From Eledone cirrhosa (Eukaryota), in contig OZ024740.1 in assembly GCA_964016885.1 (NCBI GenBank), forward strand, positions 170,810,001 to 170,874,000: a DNA stretch of 64,000 nt, written 5' to 3'. Below the pieces are notes generated by a model. It had not been told where the DNA came from. It searched no databases and was given only the letters and a program-made list of their open reading frames with translations. Shown here one piece after another: positions 1 through 15,011 of this stretch. Positions within the stretch are counted from its first letter, which is position 1, and every line of letters begins with the position of its first letter. A program made the translations under genes and the position numbers.

Positions 1-131
1 TTTTAATTCTCTTGTTTTTTTTAATCCTACTTTAGGTAATTTGTTATATTTATTCGGCTATATTTCGTTTTTTTTGTTTGTTTGTTTGTTTTTTCATAAC
101 ATAATCATCATTGGCATTGACATCATTTGCA

Positions 132-320
132 CGGTGAGTTGGCAGTATCGGTAGGGTGTCGGACGCCATGCTTTGACGCATAGAGTTACGGCCCTTGCCA
201 TTCTGAGTTCAAATCCCGCCGAGGTTAACTTTGCCTTTCATCCTTACGGGGTCGATAAAATAAAGTACCAGTAATGAACTGGTTAATTATTGGCCTTGTG
301 TCAATAGTAGAAACAATTGT
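132..320 (+). mobile_element. tRNA-derived SINE, family A
   Basis: A-box-like TGGCAGTATCGG, B-box GAGTTCAAATCCC, core GCCTTTCATCCTTACGGGGTCGATAAAATAAAGTACCAG (resembles the Nin/Deu SINE domain as recalled); at least 6 copies in window. Confidence 0.85.
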
Positions 321-321
321 T

Positions 322-535
322 ATTGGCATTATCGATAGAGCATCCGACGCCATTCTGCATGGCATAGAGTTACATAGCCTTTTAAGGTCTGAGTTCAAAT
401 CTCGCCGAGGTTAGCTTTGCCTTTCATCCTTGCAGGGTCGATAAAATAAAGTACCAGTGGCGCATTGAGGTCAATTTGATCGACTTTCCCCTCCCTCAAA
501 TTTGCTGGCCTTGTGCCTAAATCAGAATTCATTAT
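322..535 (+). mobile_element. tRNA-derived SINE, family A (tandem second copy)
   Basis: Same B-box (GAGTTCAAATCTC), core and GGCCTTGTGCCTAA tail as 132-320. Confidence 0.85.
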
Positions 536-551
536 TATTATCGTTATTAAT

Positions 552-668
552 GTTGTTGTTTTTGTTGTTGTTGTTGTTGTTGTTGTTCGTGGTGGTGGTG
601 GTGGTGGTGGTGGTGGTGGTGGTGGTGGTGGTGGTTCTGCTGCTGCTGCTGTTGCTGTTATTATTATT
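552..668. repeat. Compound trinucleotide microsatellite (GTT)n(GGT)n(GCT)n(ATT)n
   Basis: Direct reading; source of the poly-P/T and poly-L/V ORFs. Confidence 0.95.
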
Positions 669-689
669 AAAACAAACAAGTAGAAACAA

Positions 690-2060
690 TTATTATCATC
701 TCTCCCCGCAAATACCCCAGTATGTGCATTCTATATTATGTTCAGACATGCTACAGGACGGCAGTTTCCCACAAAAATCTACTTACCTCTATTTTTTATT
801 ACAAGCATTGTCCTTCCCCTTACCATCCAAGAGAGAACTGCACCTCCCTAGACAATTTCAATCAATTGAGTTGCCAGTCTTTCATGAACCGCATTCTATA
901 TCTTATTTCTTGCGATATTTTTGCAGTTAAGGTCTCGAAGATTGTAGACAAACTATGGGCCTATAGATTTAGAGGTTTACTTGAGACGAAGATGGTTTTC
1001 CTCTTAGTAAACCAATCTGATTCCAAGCAACTCATTGAACTTTTATACAAGTACTGTATTTGTCCTTGCTAAATGTTTCAAGCAACAGTTTGGTATCTCA
1101 TCATGTCCTAGTACCTTCCACTTGTTTGTTTCTATTCAGTGTGTTAGACACTTTTTCTGCTGTGTTATCTCCCGTCAATTGTGTTTGTTGGGCAAACCAA
1201 TCCTTAGTGGGAAGATTCCCTTTCTGCCCACATTTCTTCCCAGAATTCTTCCACATCTTTTACTAGTGGGGCGACATTGACCTCTATTTTATTTCTATCA
1301 GATTCCCGGTAGAATTGTTTTGAATTAGAATGAAACTGGTGACTTTGTTCAGAGAACTGTTGGCGTTTTTCACTTCTGTGAATTCTTTGTGCATGTATCT
1401 GTTGGTCTAAGCATTGCATTCTTAGATTTCAATTATTTCCTCTTCTGTTTTTTTATAGGTTTTTATTATTTTTACTTTCTTCTCTTTTTTTAGTTGTGTA
1501 CTTCTCCCATTTCATTTATGATTGAAAGGTTTTTATCTTCTTTTCTTTCTTTTGTAGTTGTTGTTCATGTTTCTAGGAGAGGGTACGTACTGTTTTGGGA
1601 ACTACAGTGACTGCTGCGTATATTATGCCTTGTGGTATTAATCTTTCTGTTCGTGTTAATTGTGATCATGATGGCCAGGTTAGCGTTGTTGTTGTTCCTA
1701 GGGGTTTTATCTTCGGATTGGATACATTCTTTGGTCTACATCGAGAGTGTCTATTTTGTGGAACTCCTGGGTTATTTATATCTTTATCCCATTGAGCTCC
1801 TGAATTCGTCATTTCAGGTTTCTTTTCCTAAATCTTCTTCATATTTTCTTATTATTATAGATTAGTTTATTGGGCTTTGGTTTGTTGTATTTTGTTATTT
1901 ACTTTATTTGTTTTAAATATGTTAGTTCTATCTTGGTGGTTTTAGTATTTCTGTTTTTGTTAGTTGGGTTGTGTTCGTTATTTCTGTTTAATTGTGATGC
2001 ACTCGTTCTTTTAGATTTTCTATTTCAATTTCTGAAATTCGTTTTCACTTTTAGTGTCTT
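690..2060 (-). mobile_element. Decayed R4/Dong-clade non-LTR retrotransposon (N-terminal region to start of RT)
   Basis: Minus-strand peptides GIIYAAVTVV, AQRIHRSEKRQQF...KQFYRE...KDVEEFWEEMW, KWKVLGHDEIPNCCLKHL and YRPIVCL in the order typical of R4/Dong ORFs; many stops and frameshifts. Confidence 0.75.
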
Positions 2061-3659
2061 CTTAGGTCTGCATGTATGTTAGGGTCGAGCTGTGTGGATT
2101 ATTTTTCTCCCAGATTTTATATGAATATACTGTTGTATTTTCATTTTCAGGATATAGTGATGTCATACAATATGCATATGTTGGTTTATGTCTTTTCAAT
2201 GTTCCTGGGGGTAAGAGAATGTACCATTCTATGCACAGTGACATACTGGTACATATATATATATAAAGTATCGAGAGATAGAAGGATGGGCACATGTTCA
2301 TGTAGAGAAGAGTCAGAAGCCAATTTGGAAAAGAATATATGTTTTCATTCGTATCTAACAATAACGGAATACGTCAGATTCCTCTCTGAAAGCAAAACAA
2401 GAAACCACTCTTCTTGATTGAGAATCCAAGAGAACTGGTTGGAGATAGCAATGCAGCCCGTGATCCGAACAAATCAAGAGTAGCTCTGAAACGTTCGGCC
2501 TCATTGAAATAACAAACAACATTCAGCTCTTTACAGAGAGACGGCCCAATTCTCACATATATGGGGAGGGGTAAGGTGACCATGGCATACATTCACTACC
2601 AAATGGGATGTTTGATCACTTAATGTGGAAAATTACCCTGGTATAAACAACAATAACAACGACAAGGATGAGTACAGCAACAATAAAATGTTTGAAAATA
2701 CCAGCGAAATTTCATTTGTAAAATGTGACACTAGCATGATACACAAAAAGCAGCAACAACAATAACAGTGGCAGAAAAAAACAATAATTACTTTTTATAA
2801 AACGCACCATCTTCAACAACTACATCGAAAACAAAATAATACTGAGACGTGTAAATCTTTTGAAGAGTCACCTGAACACTTGCTTCAGTTCAAAAGAGAA
2901 CATATACGGTTAGTTAAACCGTATAAAAAGGTTTCTGGGATAATAGTTCTTCCAGAAACCGAACAATAGTACCTGGAGAAGCGTAATCAACTATAGATGT
3001 AAAAACAAGAAAGAGAAACGTAAAACCTTTATCGTCTATTATTAACATCATATTTATATCCTTTCTATATGGAACTGGTCTAACAATTGTGAAAAGCCTT
3101 TAGGTATGGCTTATTTGAAAGGTAGACTTCTCACGTCACCATGTTTAAACCACCATTTAATGCTTCGGTATCTTTAACGAAGTCCATTCTGTTGCAAGTA
3201 TTCGGGTTAGGTCACCTGTTTAAAGTTTTCTTCCTTCTTCCCTTTCTTCCATTAGTCTCAAGTGCTCTGAACTCGACTAAGCGATAATAAGAATTCATTG
3301 ATAAAGATGCTTTTTATTCGGTGCTGTAAAATATTATTACTTCTTTTACCGAATGATACTGATGAAATGAGATTCATAGTTTACATAGAGACCAGCGTCC
3401 TTTAGATTTACTATAAAGATATCCTGGAATTCGTTCCTTTTCTTTGCAATAAAAGGCTATGGGATTTATAGTCAGTTATAAATTTCTTTCTTTTTTTCGC
3501 TGTGAATTCTAAGCTGTATGGAGTTACATATAAAGTTCACGTGATCCTGGAAAGGTTAAATGTACTTGTACTGCTTCCAGAGAGCGAAAGCGATATTCTC
3601 ATATCTAAACTAAACAGCTGTCTTTACTACTATCATTTTTATCGTATTGTTGCTGTTAC

Positions 3660-3830
3660 TTGGCTCCAAGTCAGCTCTAGTACAGAAGGCGTATGATCAA
3701 ACTTTCTAATCGTGACCATTCTGTATATTATTTAGACATAGGGTAGCTAAGAGTACATTATGCAATGTATTTTATGTTTCCTATACCTGTAGTGTGAATT
3801 TGAAGATGTGGCTTCTATTTCTAACAGAGG
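3660..3830 (+). mobile_element. Degenerate SINE-like repeat, family C
   Basis: Shares CCAAGTCAGC...TATGATCAAA...CGTGACCATTC with 54700-54765 (+) and 8540-8610 (-); weaker copy near 56150-56330. Confidence 0.45.
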
Positions 3831-4040
3831 TAGTAAACATTGATTTGCTGTCTTCACTGGTTTGTATATAGATAGTAGCTAATACCAGCTATAACACAGA
3901 ATTATTTGATATTTTTACCTCCAAAAATCCTAGAAGGCCCCAGATAATTTATAGGCATAAATATTTTTTCAGAATTGAATTCTAGTTAAAATTATACTTT
4001 AAAATTATTTATTATTATTACAGATATAATATATTTTATG

Positions 4041-4083
<43 letters not shown>

Positions 4084-4267
4084 GGGGGGGTGGGGTGTAT
4101 GTGTGTGTGTGTATGTGTGTGTGTGTATGTGTGTGTGTGTGCGTGTGTGTATAGTATATTTGGCAATATACCGTATGTCTAATTAAAAACATTTAGAAGA
4201 CAACATGCTATCGGTTTTAAAGTAGAGACTATGTCACTTACTTCTTTTCGGCGAAAGAAGGGAGAGA

Positions 4268-4309
4268 AGCTGACAGTCTGTTTCACGCTAGTTGGCGATC
4301 ATCAGAGCC
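4268..4309 (-). ncRNA. Type I hammerhead ribozyme motif
   Basis: ggcu-CUGAUGA-u cgc caacua gcg u-GAAA-cagacug-UC-agcu; GUC cleavage triplet, stems I-III pair. Confidence 0.75.
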
Positions 4310-4513
4310 ACGCACCTCCTTCTTCCGCCGAAAATTATAGAAGCTGGATTCTTATAGAATTCCAGTAATAATCAGGAGCTGATTATACAGAGCGATTGCC
4401 GGTCCAGCAAAAATTAGGTATTAGGATTGGTGCTCTGAAATAGCGATGTATTCATGAATGTATGTATAGTATATTTGGCAATATACTATTTTCGGCGGAA
4501 GAAGCGGGTGCGT

Positions 4514-4555
4514 GGCTCTGGTGATGGCCAACCAGTGTGAAACAGACTGTCAGCT
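4514..4555 (+). ncRNA. Hammerhead motif with mutated core (CUGGUGA), probably inactive
   Basis: Inverted-arm copy of 4268-4309 with A6>G and broken stem II. Confidence 0.55.
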
Positions 4556-4716
4556 TCTCTCCCTTATTTCGCCGAAAAGTAGTAAGTGACAGAGTCACTA
4601 CTTTAAAACTGATAGCGTATGGTCTTTTAAATGTTTTTAATTAAACATACGGTATATTGCCAAATATACTATATATACATTCATGTATACATCGCTATTT
4701 CCGAGCACCAATCCTA

Positions 4717-4960
<244 letters not shown>

Positions 4961-5664
4961 CTAATGATTTATTTTGCCTATGATTTTCAAATAAATTTTG
5001 AATAATCAAGAATTTGGAGGTATTTAGTAAAGTAACTCATTTTCCCTTTATTGAGTTGACGTTTGGAAAATAACATAACAAAGGTTCTTATATAATATAA
5101 TTATTTGAGTTTTTTAGAAATATAATTGCTTTAAAATAAATTTTTGTATCATGGATAAGTGGTGGTTTGATGCGCTTTTTATCAAAATGTTTCTACCAGT
5201 CTTATTTCTGAGTACAGGACTCAATCATCAGCGGTGTCATACATACTCCACATTTCCGAATTACACTAAACTTTCTTTTATTTTAGTTTTATAGACGACA
5301 CTTTCGTCGAGTTATTGCCAAGTTACTTTGATGGCATCCATTCCAAATTATTCAAATGTGTCAAGGAGAATCTTAAAGATATTTAATTTGATGCAAAATG
5401 TTCGTACTTATACATCTAAATATATATCTAGAAATACTTTGAATAGTTCTTCGTTCTTCTGTCGTGAGAAAACTCGAGGCGATGTGGTTTCCGAGTATCA
5501 ATGGAGAGGATAAAAGGACCTGAACTCAGTACTAAGAGTCAGCAAAATACTTGATAGTTACAAAGTGCCCCTGGTACATAAGACGATGAGTTATATCTAC
5601 TAGACAATTTGTTGTAAATAGGTACCACAGGCAAAATGAACTGAGTTGTGAAATGGACCTCTGT

Positions 5665-5810
5665 AGGTTTCGACGATGAATGTTCCAGCTTTTCGATCAA
5701 CGGAACAGCCTGTTGCTCTTTAGATTAACGTGTAAGTGGATGTGCATTCCACTAAGACGTGTATACATAACGCAGTGTGTGACAAAGCTGCCTCTTTCAA
5801 TTACAGGTGC
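5665..5810 (+). mobile_element. Degenerate SINE-like repeat fragment
   Basis: GATCAACGGAACAGC...ATTAACGTGTAAGTGG...TGTGACAAAGCTG...AATTACAGGT matches my recollection of an octopus SINE body; single copy here. Confidence 0.4.
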
Positions 5811-6026
5811 AGTCCCTCCAACGGGCTTCCAAACATCTATCACCAATCTTGAAGGATGAGTAAAGGACATAAACACTGTCACAGACGACTCGTTATGTTT
5901 CTAATGCAAACATTATATTCTACATTCTACACCCAACTTAGTTGTTGGGATTGAATAAAGACCCTCCTGGTCTGTTCTGTTTAACATTTTCGAAAGTTTT
6001 GTGTGTCTCTCTTGTCTAATCATACC

Positions 6027-6340
6027 CACATGGCTTAGTGGTGAGGGCATTGGGCTTGCAATCAGGAGTTGTGAGTTTGATTCTTGGACCGGGTGATGCA
6101 TTATGTCGTTGAGCATTATGTCCTTCAGCTTTAGAAATGAGATGAGATGTCACAGGTGCCAAGCTGTATCGGCCATTGCTTTTCCCTTTGGCAACATTGG
6201 TGGCGTGGAGAGGGGAGACTGGTATACATGGGCGACTGCTGATCTTTCACAAACAACATTGTTCGGACTTGTGCCTCAGAGGGAAACTTTCTAGGTCAAA
6301 TCCCATAGTCATTCGTAACCGAAGGGCGTCTCTACCGTTT
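6027..6340 (+). mobile_element. tRNA-derived SINE, family B
   Basis: A-box TGGCTTAGTGG, B-box-like GAGTTTGATTCTT, then GATGCATTATGTC-TTGAGC shared with 21787-21880 and 57280-57362. Confidence 0.75.
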
Positions 6341-6948
6341 TACACACAAAATTGAGCCTATCTGGCAGAGCTAAAAGAAAAAACTACACGTAATACCCCC
6401 TCACCTCAAAAGGATTATCAGATGAAAGGTCTGTCGGCGTCGTCTTAGCATAGTTCCTCTTATATATATGTGTGTGTGTGTGTGTGTTTGCATGAATGTA
6501 TATACTTATGAATGTATGCATATATGTTAATATATATAAGTAACTGCGTGTATATTGTGTTGATTAAACAAAGAGACGACCATGCTGGTATACATAGAAA
6601 CAGGCTTCAAGATAGATAGATGAAGAGTATAAAAGAGAGAGAGAAAAAGCTGGTAATGATGATGATGATAATGATGATGACGATGAAGTGAGAGAGAGAT
6701 ATAGAGAACACAAACAGACAACAATAAAGATATGGACAAAGACAAATAAACATTTCTGTGTATATTGTTTCATAATTAGTAATGAAGGAAATGATTATAT
6801 TATATGTGAATAATTGCTCAGTAACGCAGACACACTCACACACAAATATATATATATATATATATACCCATACATATATATACATGTCCACACACATATA
6901 CACACACATACACAGCCACACACAGACACACACGCGCGCGCGCACACG

Positions 6949-7027
<79 letters not shown>

Positions 7028-7257
7028 ATATATATATACGGGATAACAGATTATTGTTATACGTAGTCCACTAAGGTGTAGTCCAGTTAGGGTACTCCGA
7101 CTAGTGGATTGTATCAACGCTTGGCTAAGTTTGACTCAACAAGGCGTTTCCATAGTGATGCTGCGAGTACGCGGTGATTTCTATGTTGTTTACACTTGGA
7201 GTAATGATAAATCAAGAAAGAAGAGTGATACGGTTTGCTATACAATAAGGGCTTTAA

Positions 7258-7376
7258 TCACTTTGCTGACAATTGTTTCTCTGAACTGGTAGGTCTAGAG
7301 ATCGCTACCCGCCTGTACTGGCGTCAATCGATCACCGATACATAGTTGTAATCACTCAATTCCTCAGAGCTAGCGA
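7258..7376 (-). ncRNA. Type I hammerhead ribozyme motif, long stem II
   Basis: ucgcu a gcu-CUGAGGA-(~80 nt)-GAAA-caauug-UC-agc aa aguga. Confidence 0.65.
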
Positions 7377-7467
7377 GAATGAAGGGAATACACAAGGCAT
7401 GGCTTCTATATATAGTGTGAATGCCACTACTATATATAGAAGCCATGCCTGTGTATTCCCTTAATTC

Positions 7468-7586
7468 TCGCTAGCTCTGATGAATTGACTGATTACAACT
7501 ATGTATCGGTGATCGATTGACGCCAGTACAGGCGGGTAGCGATCTCTAGACCTACCAGTTCAGAGAAACAATTGTCAGCAAAGTGA
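7468..7586 (+). ncRNA. Type I hammerhead ribozyme motif, long stem II
   Basis: CUGAUGA 7477-7483; uugacug...caguucag closes an ~80 nt stem II; GAAA 7565-7568; palindromic CAAUUG; GUC triplet; ATTAAA follows. Confidence 0.75.
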
Positions 7587-7632
7587 TTAAAAACCTTTTC
7601 TGTATAGCAAACCGTGTCACTCTTCTTTCTTG

Positions 7633-7767
<135 letters not shown>

Positions 7768-7999
7768 TATATAATTTATATATATATAATTTATATATAT
7801 ATATAATTTATATATATATATAATTTATTCCAGATAGAAATAAATTCTACAGACCTAGCAATGTAGAAGAAATTTTCATCTGAAATAAATTAAACATCCA
7901 TTCTATTCAATGTATTGAGTACCTTATTTAAATATGGTCCCTTGCAGTACCAGTAATGCATTGGGTAATTCCTGGCCTTGTGCCTAAAGTAGAAACAAT

Positions 8000-8059
<60 letters not shown>

Positions 8060-8225
8060 CTTCAAATGATAGACTTTTCTCAACTTAAATAGTTTTATTG
8101 AAATATATCAGAAACATATTACAAAAGAATTAGAATAATAAATTGAAACTTCCAAATACTAACAGAATTCAGTTATGGTGATGTCTACTACTAACATCTA
8201 AACAACACTGAGAGAGGTTGCCTCT

Positions 8226-8288
<63 letters not shown>

Positions 8289-8766
8289 CTCACTTTATCT
8301 CTATCTCTTCATGCCTACCTTTCTCTTTCACTCTTTGTTCCTATCTTTCTCTCTTGCAAACACTCTCCATCTCTTTCTTTATATGGGAGACTCTTAACTA
8401 GTCAGCTGCTAACCGGAAAACTAATACCGAAAAACATCTACGTGGCTAGTTGAACTGTTAGAAACAACAGCTAAATATCCTTCCATTTACTGCCTGTCGT
8501 CTAAAATAAAAAAAATGGCACACCTAAAAATTATATACGGAAAAGTAGACGAGTGATCATGACTGGAATGCTTTCGATTATGGGTCTGCTGAGTGAAGTC
8601 TGTTGCTAGGGCTCAAATACATCATTGTCACCATCTCAGCTGCTTTCACTTTCGATTTCACCTTTCTTCAAACTTCGCCATTATTTCTCTTTCTCTCGCT
8701 CTCTCTCCCTCTCTCTCTCTCCCCCTTCTCTCTCTCTCTCTCTTTCTACTCCTTTATTAGGTATAC

Positions 8767-8834
<68 letters not shown>

Positions 8835-9626
8835 ACGTGCGTGTGTACGTGCGTGTGTGTCTGTGTGTGTATATGGGTGTGTGTGTCTGTGTGTATACGT
8901 ATGTGTGTGCCGATGCTTATGTGAGTGTGTAGTTGTAAATTTACCTATATATATCAGCTAGACACAATAGCCTAAGTAAGTCATTAATAAGGAAATCGTT
9001 GAGACAGACGACTGACTACTAAATTGAATATTCAATGTCTGTATGTGTATATGAGGAGGGGGGGGGAGTAAATGTTTTGATTTTCTTCGATTAATTTAAC
9101 TTTCGTTTTGTTAGAGGATTCGTTATTCCTTTAACTTCATGATAACGTATATTATATCGGCGATATATTTTTATATTTCAATTTTCACTTGTATATCCAT
9201 ATATATATATATTATTTTTTAAATTTATTTTAATACCACGCAGATATTTACAAAATAATAGATTTAATCCTAATTTTAGACAGAAATATCTAGAATGTAT
9301 ACTCTGCTAGACGATAGATATTTTTTGAGGATTTCTTTCTTTGATTTCTTTATTTTTATTTAAAAGATAATGTTCAAATTTCTCTTGATTAATGTTTTAT
9401 TGCTTTACTGTCATCCCTAGATTAATATAGATGTATTTAAATGTCCAGGATTGATATATGGTCGTTCTGTATATTTATTCAAAATGATTTCTTATATCCA
9501 AATCTAATAAGTTATATGTATCCATGTTGGAAGATAGCTTCATTTGCACTAACTTTAATAATTGCCAATGGATGTCAATGTATAATTTCTCATTCACCTA
9601 TAAGAATTTAAACATATATATATATA

Positions 9627-9696
<70 letters not shown>

Positions 9697-10066
9697 AATT
9701 CTTTTATATATATATATATTGTATATTTCCATGTAGTACGTATTTTTTGTGTGCGTGTGCGAGAGAGAAATAAAGAGAGGGAATATCGCAGGAATTTGGC
9801 TTTAGCATCAATATGTGTGTATGTGACGTCTCCTGCATATGCGTGTATGTGTCGTCGCCTGCATATGTGTGTATGTGACGTCGCCTGCATGTGTGTGTGT
9901 GTATGTGACGTCGCTTGCATGTGTGAATATGTGTGTAAATATGCGCATGTGTTTGTAAATATGTCCGACTACGCAATCACATTATGTTACGTATGTCAAA
10001 GTGTTTATCTGTTAGATGGTTGTTGTTTCTTTAAGTAAAGCGTACAAGAGTGTATGTAGTTCAATG

Positions 10067-10102
<36 letters not shown>

Positions 10103-10649
10103 CATACATACACACATGCATACATACATACATACATGCATACATATAAACATACATACTTATATATGTACGTACGTACATACATGAGAGTACATATTTC
10201 CTTATGCGTGTATAAATCTTTATTTCATTATCATCCATCGTAGATTTTGAGTTTAATATTGATATTACGTATGTTCGTATTTAAATAAACAAAAAAGCTC
10301 CACGTGTTACAGAGTACACAATACATATTGATATGTAGCGTTTGTATATTTTGTTAGAACGTTGAACTTAGTATTGATATCAATCGACAACGAAATAGAT
10401 TTCTGTAGAAAGCTGCCAATTAGTGTTCAGACTTAGCCGATGAATTGTTTTACTATATATATATATTGTATATATATATATATATACGGGGAAAACCTGT
10501 TGGTACATTTAACAAAAATATTTATTGATTTCATTGTTTAAAAGGAAAGAAAACAGACAATGTTATCATATCATATTGTCCATTTTACTGCAGCGGACAA
10601 ACATATGGATGAGTGAGATGGAAAAGGTGTGAAATACTACATAAAATAA

Positions 10650-10850
10650 TTGTTTCTACTTTGCTCACAACGCCAGTAATTATGCCAGTGTATTACTGGT
10701 ACTTTATTACTGGTACTTTATTTTATCGACCTCCGTAAGGATGAAAAGCAAAGTTAACCTCGGTGGGATTTGAAATCAGACCGTAAAGGGCCGTAGCTCT
10801 ATAATGTAAACATGGCGTCCGGCCTTCTACCGATACTGCCAATCCACAAT
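10650..10850 (-). mobile_element. tRNA-derived SINE, family A
   Basis: Reverse complement of 132-320 core (CTGGTACTTTATTTTATCGAC...AAGGATGAAA-GCAAAGTTAACCTCGG). Confidence 0.85.
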
Positions 10851-11051
10851 AATGTTGATAGATAAAGCAAAGTACATAAAAGCACAAACACACATACACA
10901 CATACATATATGTATATATATATTAAAATATGGTTTTATTGATACATGTGCGCGCATATCTGTGTCTATGTTTGTGTGTATGTGTGTGTATGTATGAATA
11001 TGTGTGTATGTGTGTGTATTTGTCTGTGTGTGTATGTGTGTGTGTGTGTGT

Positions 11052-11134
<83 letters not shown>

Positions 11135-11412
11135 GTTGGTTTGAGTGTGCCGGACTGATGATTGTAACACTAAAAAAATGTAGTTTACCTCAATTAGATG
11201 TAAGATATAGGTATGCTTTATTGATACACTGCTTTAAAGACTTGCAAGCAAGGGAGGCATTGTAATACATACGACAATGGGAATCCATGACAATACTTGC
11301 AAAGAACTAACATGTTCTCCTCTCAAATATGAGCAAATATTGTCGACAGAAGCAAGCATATGATGTACGAAAGTAAAAGCTTTAAAACATTTTTTCTTCT
11401 CATATGATGTAT

Positions 11413-11472
<60 letters not shown>

Positions 11473-11693
11473 AATTTTTTCTCCAGTTTAACCTAACTAT
11501 AATAGCAAGCACACTGGCTCACGTGTGTTAACGTATAACACACTACTCTAACTACTTAAATTAACACACCGACTTGTAAATATGCAGGCACATAATATAA
11601 GTACACACAAATATAAATCAATAAATCCCATACACTAACACACACACACAGACTTACGTCTAAACATACTCCCACCACACACACACACACATG

Positions 11694-11724
<31 letters not shown>

Positions 11725-11919
11725 ACATATATATATAGACATCAATTACTATACACCTATATCCGTTGTGACTACATCAATATGTCTACAGCACGTAATG
11801 GTGATACAAAGATAGGACTATATACAGACAGAACTAACCAACACAAGGTTATAAAATCATTCTAACCTAATATAATCCCATACATACACCAACAGACACA
11901 CACAAACACACACAGACAC

Positions 11920-11988
11920 AGATACACACAAATATATTACTATTATATATATATATATATATACACAGACACACATACACACATACAC

Positions 11989-12024
<36 letters not shown>

Positions 12025-12102
12025 CACACACAGACACACAAATATATTACTATTATATATATATATATACACAGACACACATACACACATACACACATAC
12101 AC

Positions 12103-12133
<31 letters not shown>

Positions 12134-12260
12134 CAGCACACACAGACACACAAATATATTACTATTATATATATATATACACAGACACACATACACACAT
12201 ACACATAAATATATATATATATATATATACATACAGCACACACAGACACAAATATATTAC

Positions 12261-12299
<39 letters not shown>

Positions 12300-12310
12300 C
12301 ACACATACAC
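11920..12310. repeat. Tandem array of ~110 bp compound-microsatellite units
   Basis: AAATATATTACTATTAT recurs 4 times and ACAGCACACACAGACAC 3 times, separated by variable TA/CA tracts. Confidence 0.85.
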
Positions 12311-12344
12311 AGACATATATATATATATATATAATATATATTTG

Positions 12345-12438
<94 letters not shown>

Positions 12439-12487
12439 GACACACAAACACACAAATATATATATATATGTATACACACACACGCAC

Positions 12488-12520
<33 letters not shown>

Positions 12521-13485
12521 CACACATATATATATGCATTTATGAATAATTGTACGCGCACACACACAGACACACAGAGACACAGACTTCCACATGAAGC
12601 AAAATCAATGACTTTGCTCAAAATCGCAATAGGCATTGTCTTGTTTAGGCCAAACACCAATTCCTATAAGCAACCATATAATTATTCGGCTTAACAAACA
12701 AAAAGAAAGCAGAACGAATCTAAAATACAGAAACATTATTTAGTGGGGTGGTGTCTATTGTAGGGATGGGGTAGACGTATTCGATTTAATCTTCCATCGT
12801 CTTCGAACAAAACAAGCAAGGTATTTCGTCACGTTGACGTCATAGCTGTTATATAAATATTAATAAGACAACCTGCGCAGTAACTGGCCTGTATTCTTCA
12901 CATCCGTCACTTTGAATTTGTAGATGTTGCGAACCAGGAAACTATCGTTTTCTCATTGGAAGAAACATTTCTCGTTATCACCGCCCAGTGGAAGCCAAGC
13001 TCATCAAATTTCATAATGGGTGTATCTAAGACACCATAGAAATACACAAACATATATTACACCTACTCATATACACATATTTTCACATGAGAAAAAAAAC
13101 ACTCACACATATGCACACAGTAAAAACACAGGTATATATATAGTGAAATATATTTGCATACATATATTATCTCTCTATATATGTATGGATTGGATGTATG
13201 TTTTATGTCTGTCTGCATGTATATGTATATACGTACGTATGTATGTATGTATGCATGTATGTATGTATGTATGTATGTATGTATGTATGTATGTATGTGT
13301 GTATGTATGTATGTATGTATGTATGTATGTATGTATGTATGTATGCATTTATATATGTTTGCGTTTGTGTATATTTGAGAAATCATATGCTGAGACGCAA
13401 AAAGCACTAAACCCACATTTATAGCCGAACATATATCCCAAATAGTCCTATATGCACAAACATACATACACACGTCTATCTCTTA

Positions 13486-13531
<46 letters not shown>

Positions 13532-13559
13532 CACTCTCTAATATGTATACACACATATG

Positions 13560-13872
<313 letters not shown>

Positions 13873-13882
13873 AATATAGAAG

Positions 13883-13933
13883 AGCTTCTACAGGACTAGA
13901 ACTGTTTCATTCGTGAGAAATCATCAGGAAGCT
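13883..13933 (-). ncRNA. Type I hammerhead ribozyme motif
   Basis: agcuuc-CUGAUGA-u uuc ucac gaa u-GAAA-cag uucuaguc cug-UA-gaagcu; 6 bp stem I, GUA triplet; second copy at 54048-54100. Confidence 0.85.
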
Positions 13934-14647
13934 GGCTGTCCAAGTAAATGTTAGTATTTATGTCTTTCCTTATCTGGTGGTAGGAGAGGGTGGGGATTGT
14001 GTTGGGGTGTAGGTCATTGGTTGAAGGATTTTAGGAAAGGGGATTCATTAAAAGCTCATTCTTTAAAGCTATAATATTAACAAAGGCAGAAAGAATACTG
14101 TAAACAAGTTCAAAATTGGAATACCAGTCCTAGTTTATCACTTAAAGTAACAATGTCTGTAAGACAGGTGTCTACAGGATGGGTGGGTTCAATGGTTTAA
14201 AGAAAAGGGAAATTCTTTAGAAGCTAATTCTTTAAGACTAAAATGAGGGTGACAAAGGCAGAAAAGGTTCCATCAACAGATTCAAGAGTTGGGGTGAACC
14301 CCCTATAGAGAAGTATCTGTAATATATATTATATATTCCAGGTGTCGATAAACATATTCACACACGCGCCCACTTACACACGTACACACACACGCACGCA
14401 CACACAGGCAGGCACACACACAACAAACATACATAATGGTACATACACACATACATACATACAAATACATACATACATACACATATACATATATATGTGT
14501 ACATGCATACGCATACATATAAATATATATATTTATATATATATATATATATACATATATATACACATACATACAGACATACACACATACACACACATAT
14601 ACATATATATAATATATATATGTATATAATATATATACATATGTATA

Positions 14648-14748
<101 letters not shown>

Positions 14749-14800
14749 ATAATAAAATAAAATAAATAAGTCAAACTTTTAAAATTTGGCTTCGTTTATT

Positions 14801-14853
14801 ACTGCTATATATATTTCGGTGACAGCCATTTGGCTGTGACCTCTTCAGGCAGT
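14801..14853 (-). ncRNA. Type I hammerhead ribozyme motif
   Basis: acugc-CUGAAGA-gguc acagcc aaau ggcugu cacc-GAAA-uauaua-UA-gcagu, followed by AAUAAA. Confidence 0.85.
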
Positions 14854-15011
14854 CCGAATTAGTGTGGTAGAGACAAGTACACATGTTGTTGAGGTCTTTA
14901 ACTTTGTCAATACTCTGATATGCCCAGTTCCTGGTTGGGTTGTTGTTTCACTGAGGAACTGGAATCATTTTATTTTATTTTACATTACTCCGGAGTAACC
15001 AAACAACCTGC

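Noticed and set aside
395-930. ORFs with poly-Pro/Thr or signal-peptide-like poly-Leu/Val
   Set aside because: Translations of trinucleotide microsatellite, SINE and antisense LINE sequence
3358-3385. CTGATGA followed by a small hairpin
   Set aside because: GTTT instead of GAAA, and no stem I or III
5185-5240. Minus-strand CTGATGA...GAAA
   Set aside because: No stem I partner and no convincing stem II closure
6027-6100. Possible tRNA genes (also 132-220, 57290-57362)
   Set aside because: A/B boxes continue into SINE bodies; no full cloverleaf
11920-12310. CRISPR-like repeat-spacer appearance (also 15012-15083)
   Set aside because: Spacers are microsatellite or absent; eukaryotic context; no cas genes
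12780-13030. Complex-sequence island that could be an exon
   Set aside because: Stops in candidate frames; no recognisable domain or consistent splice sites
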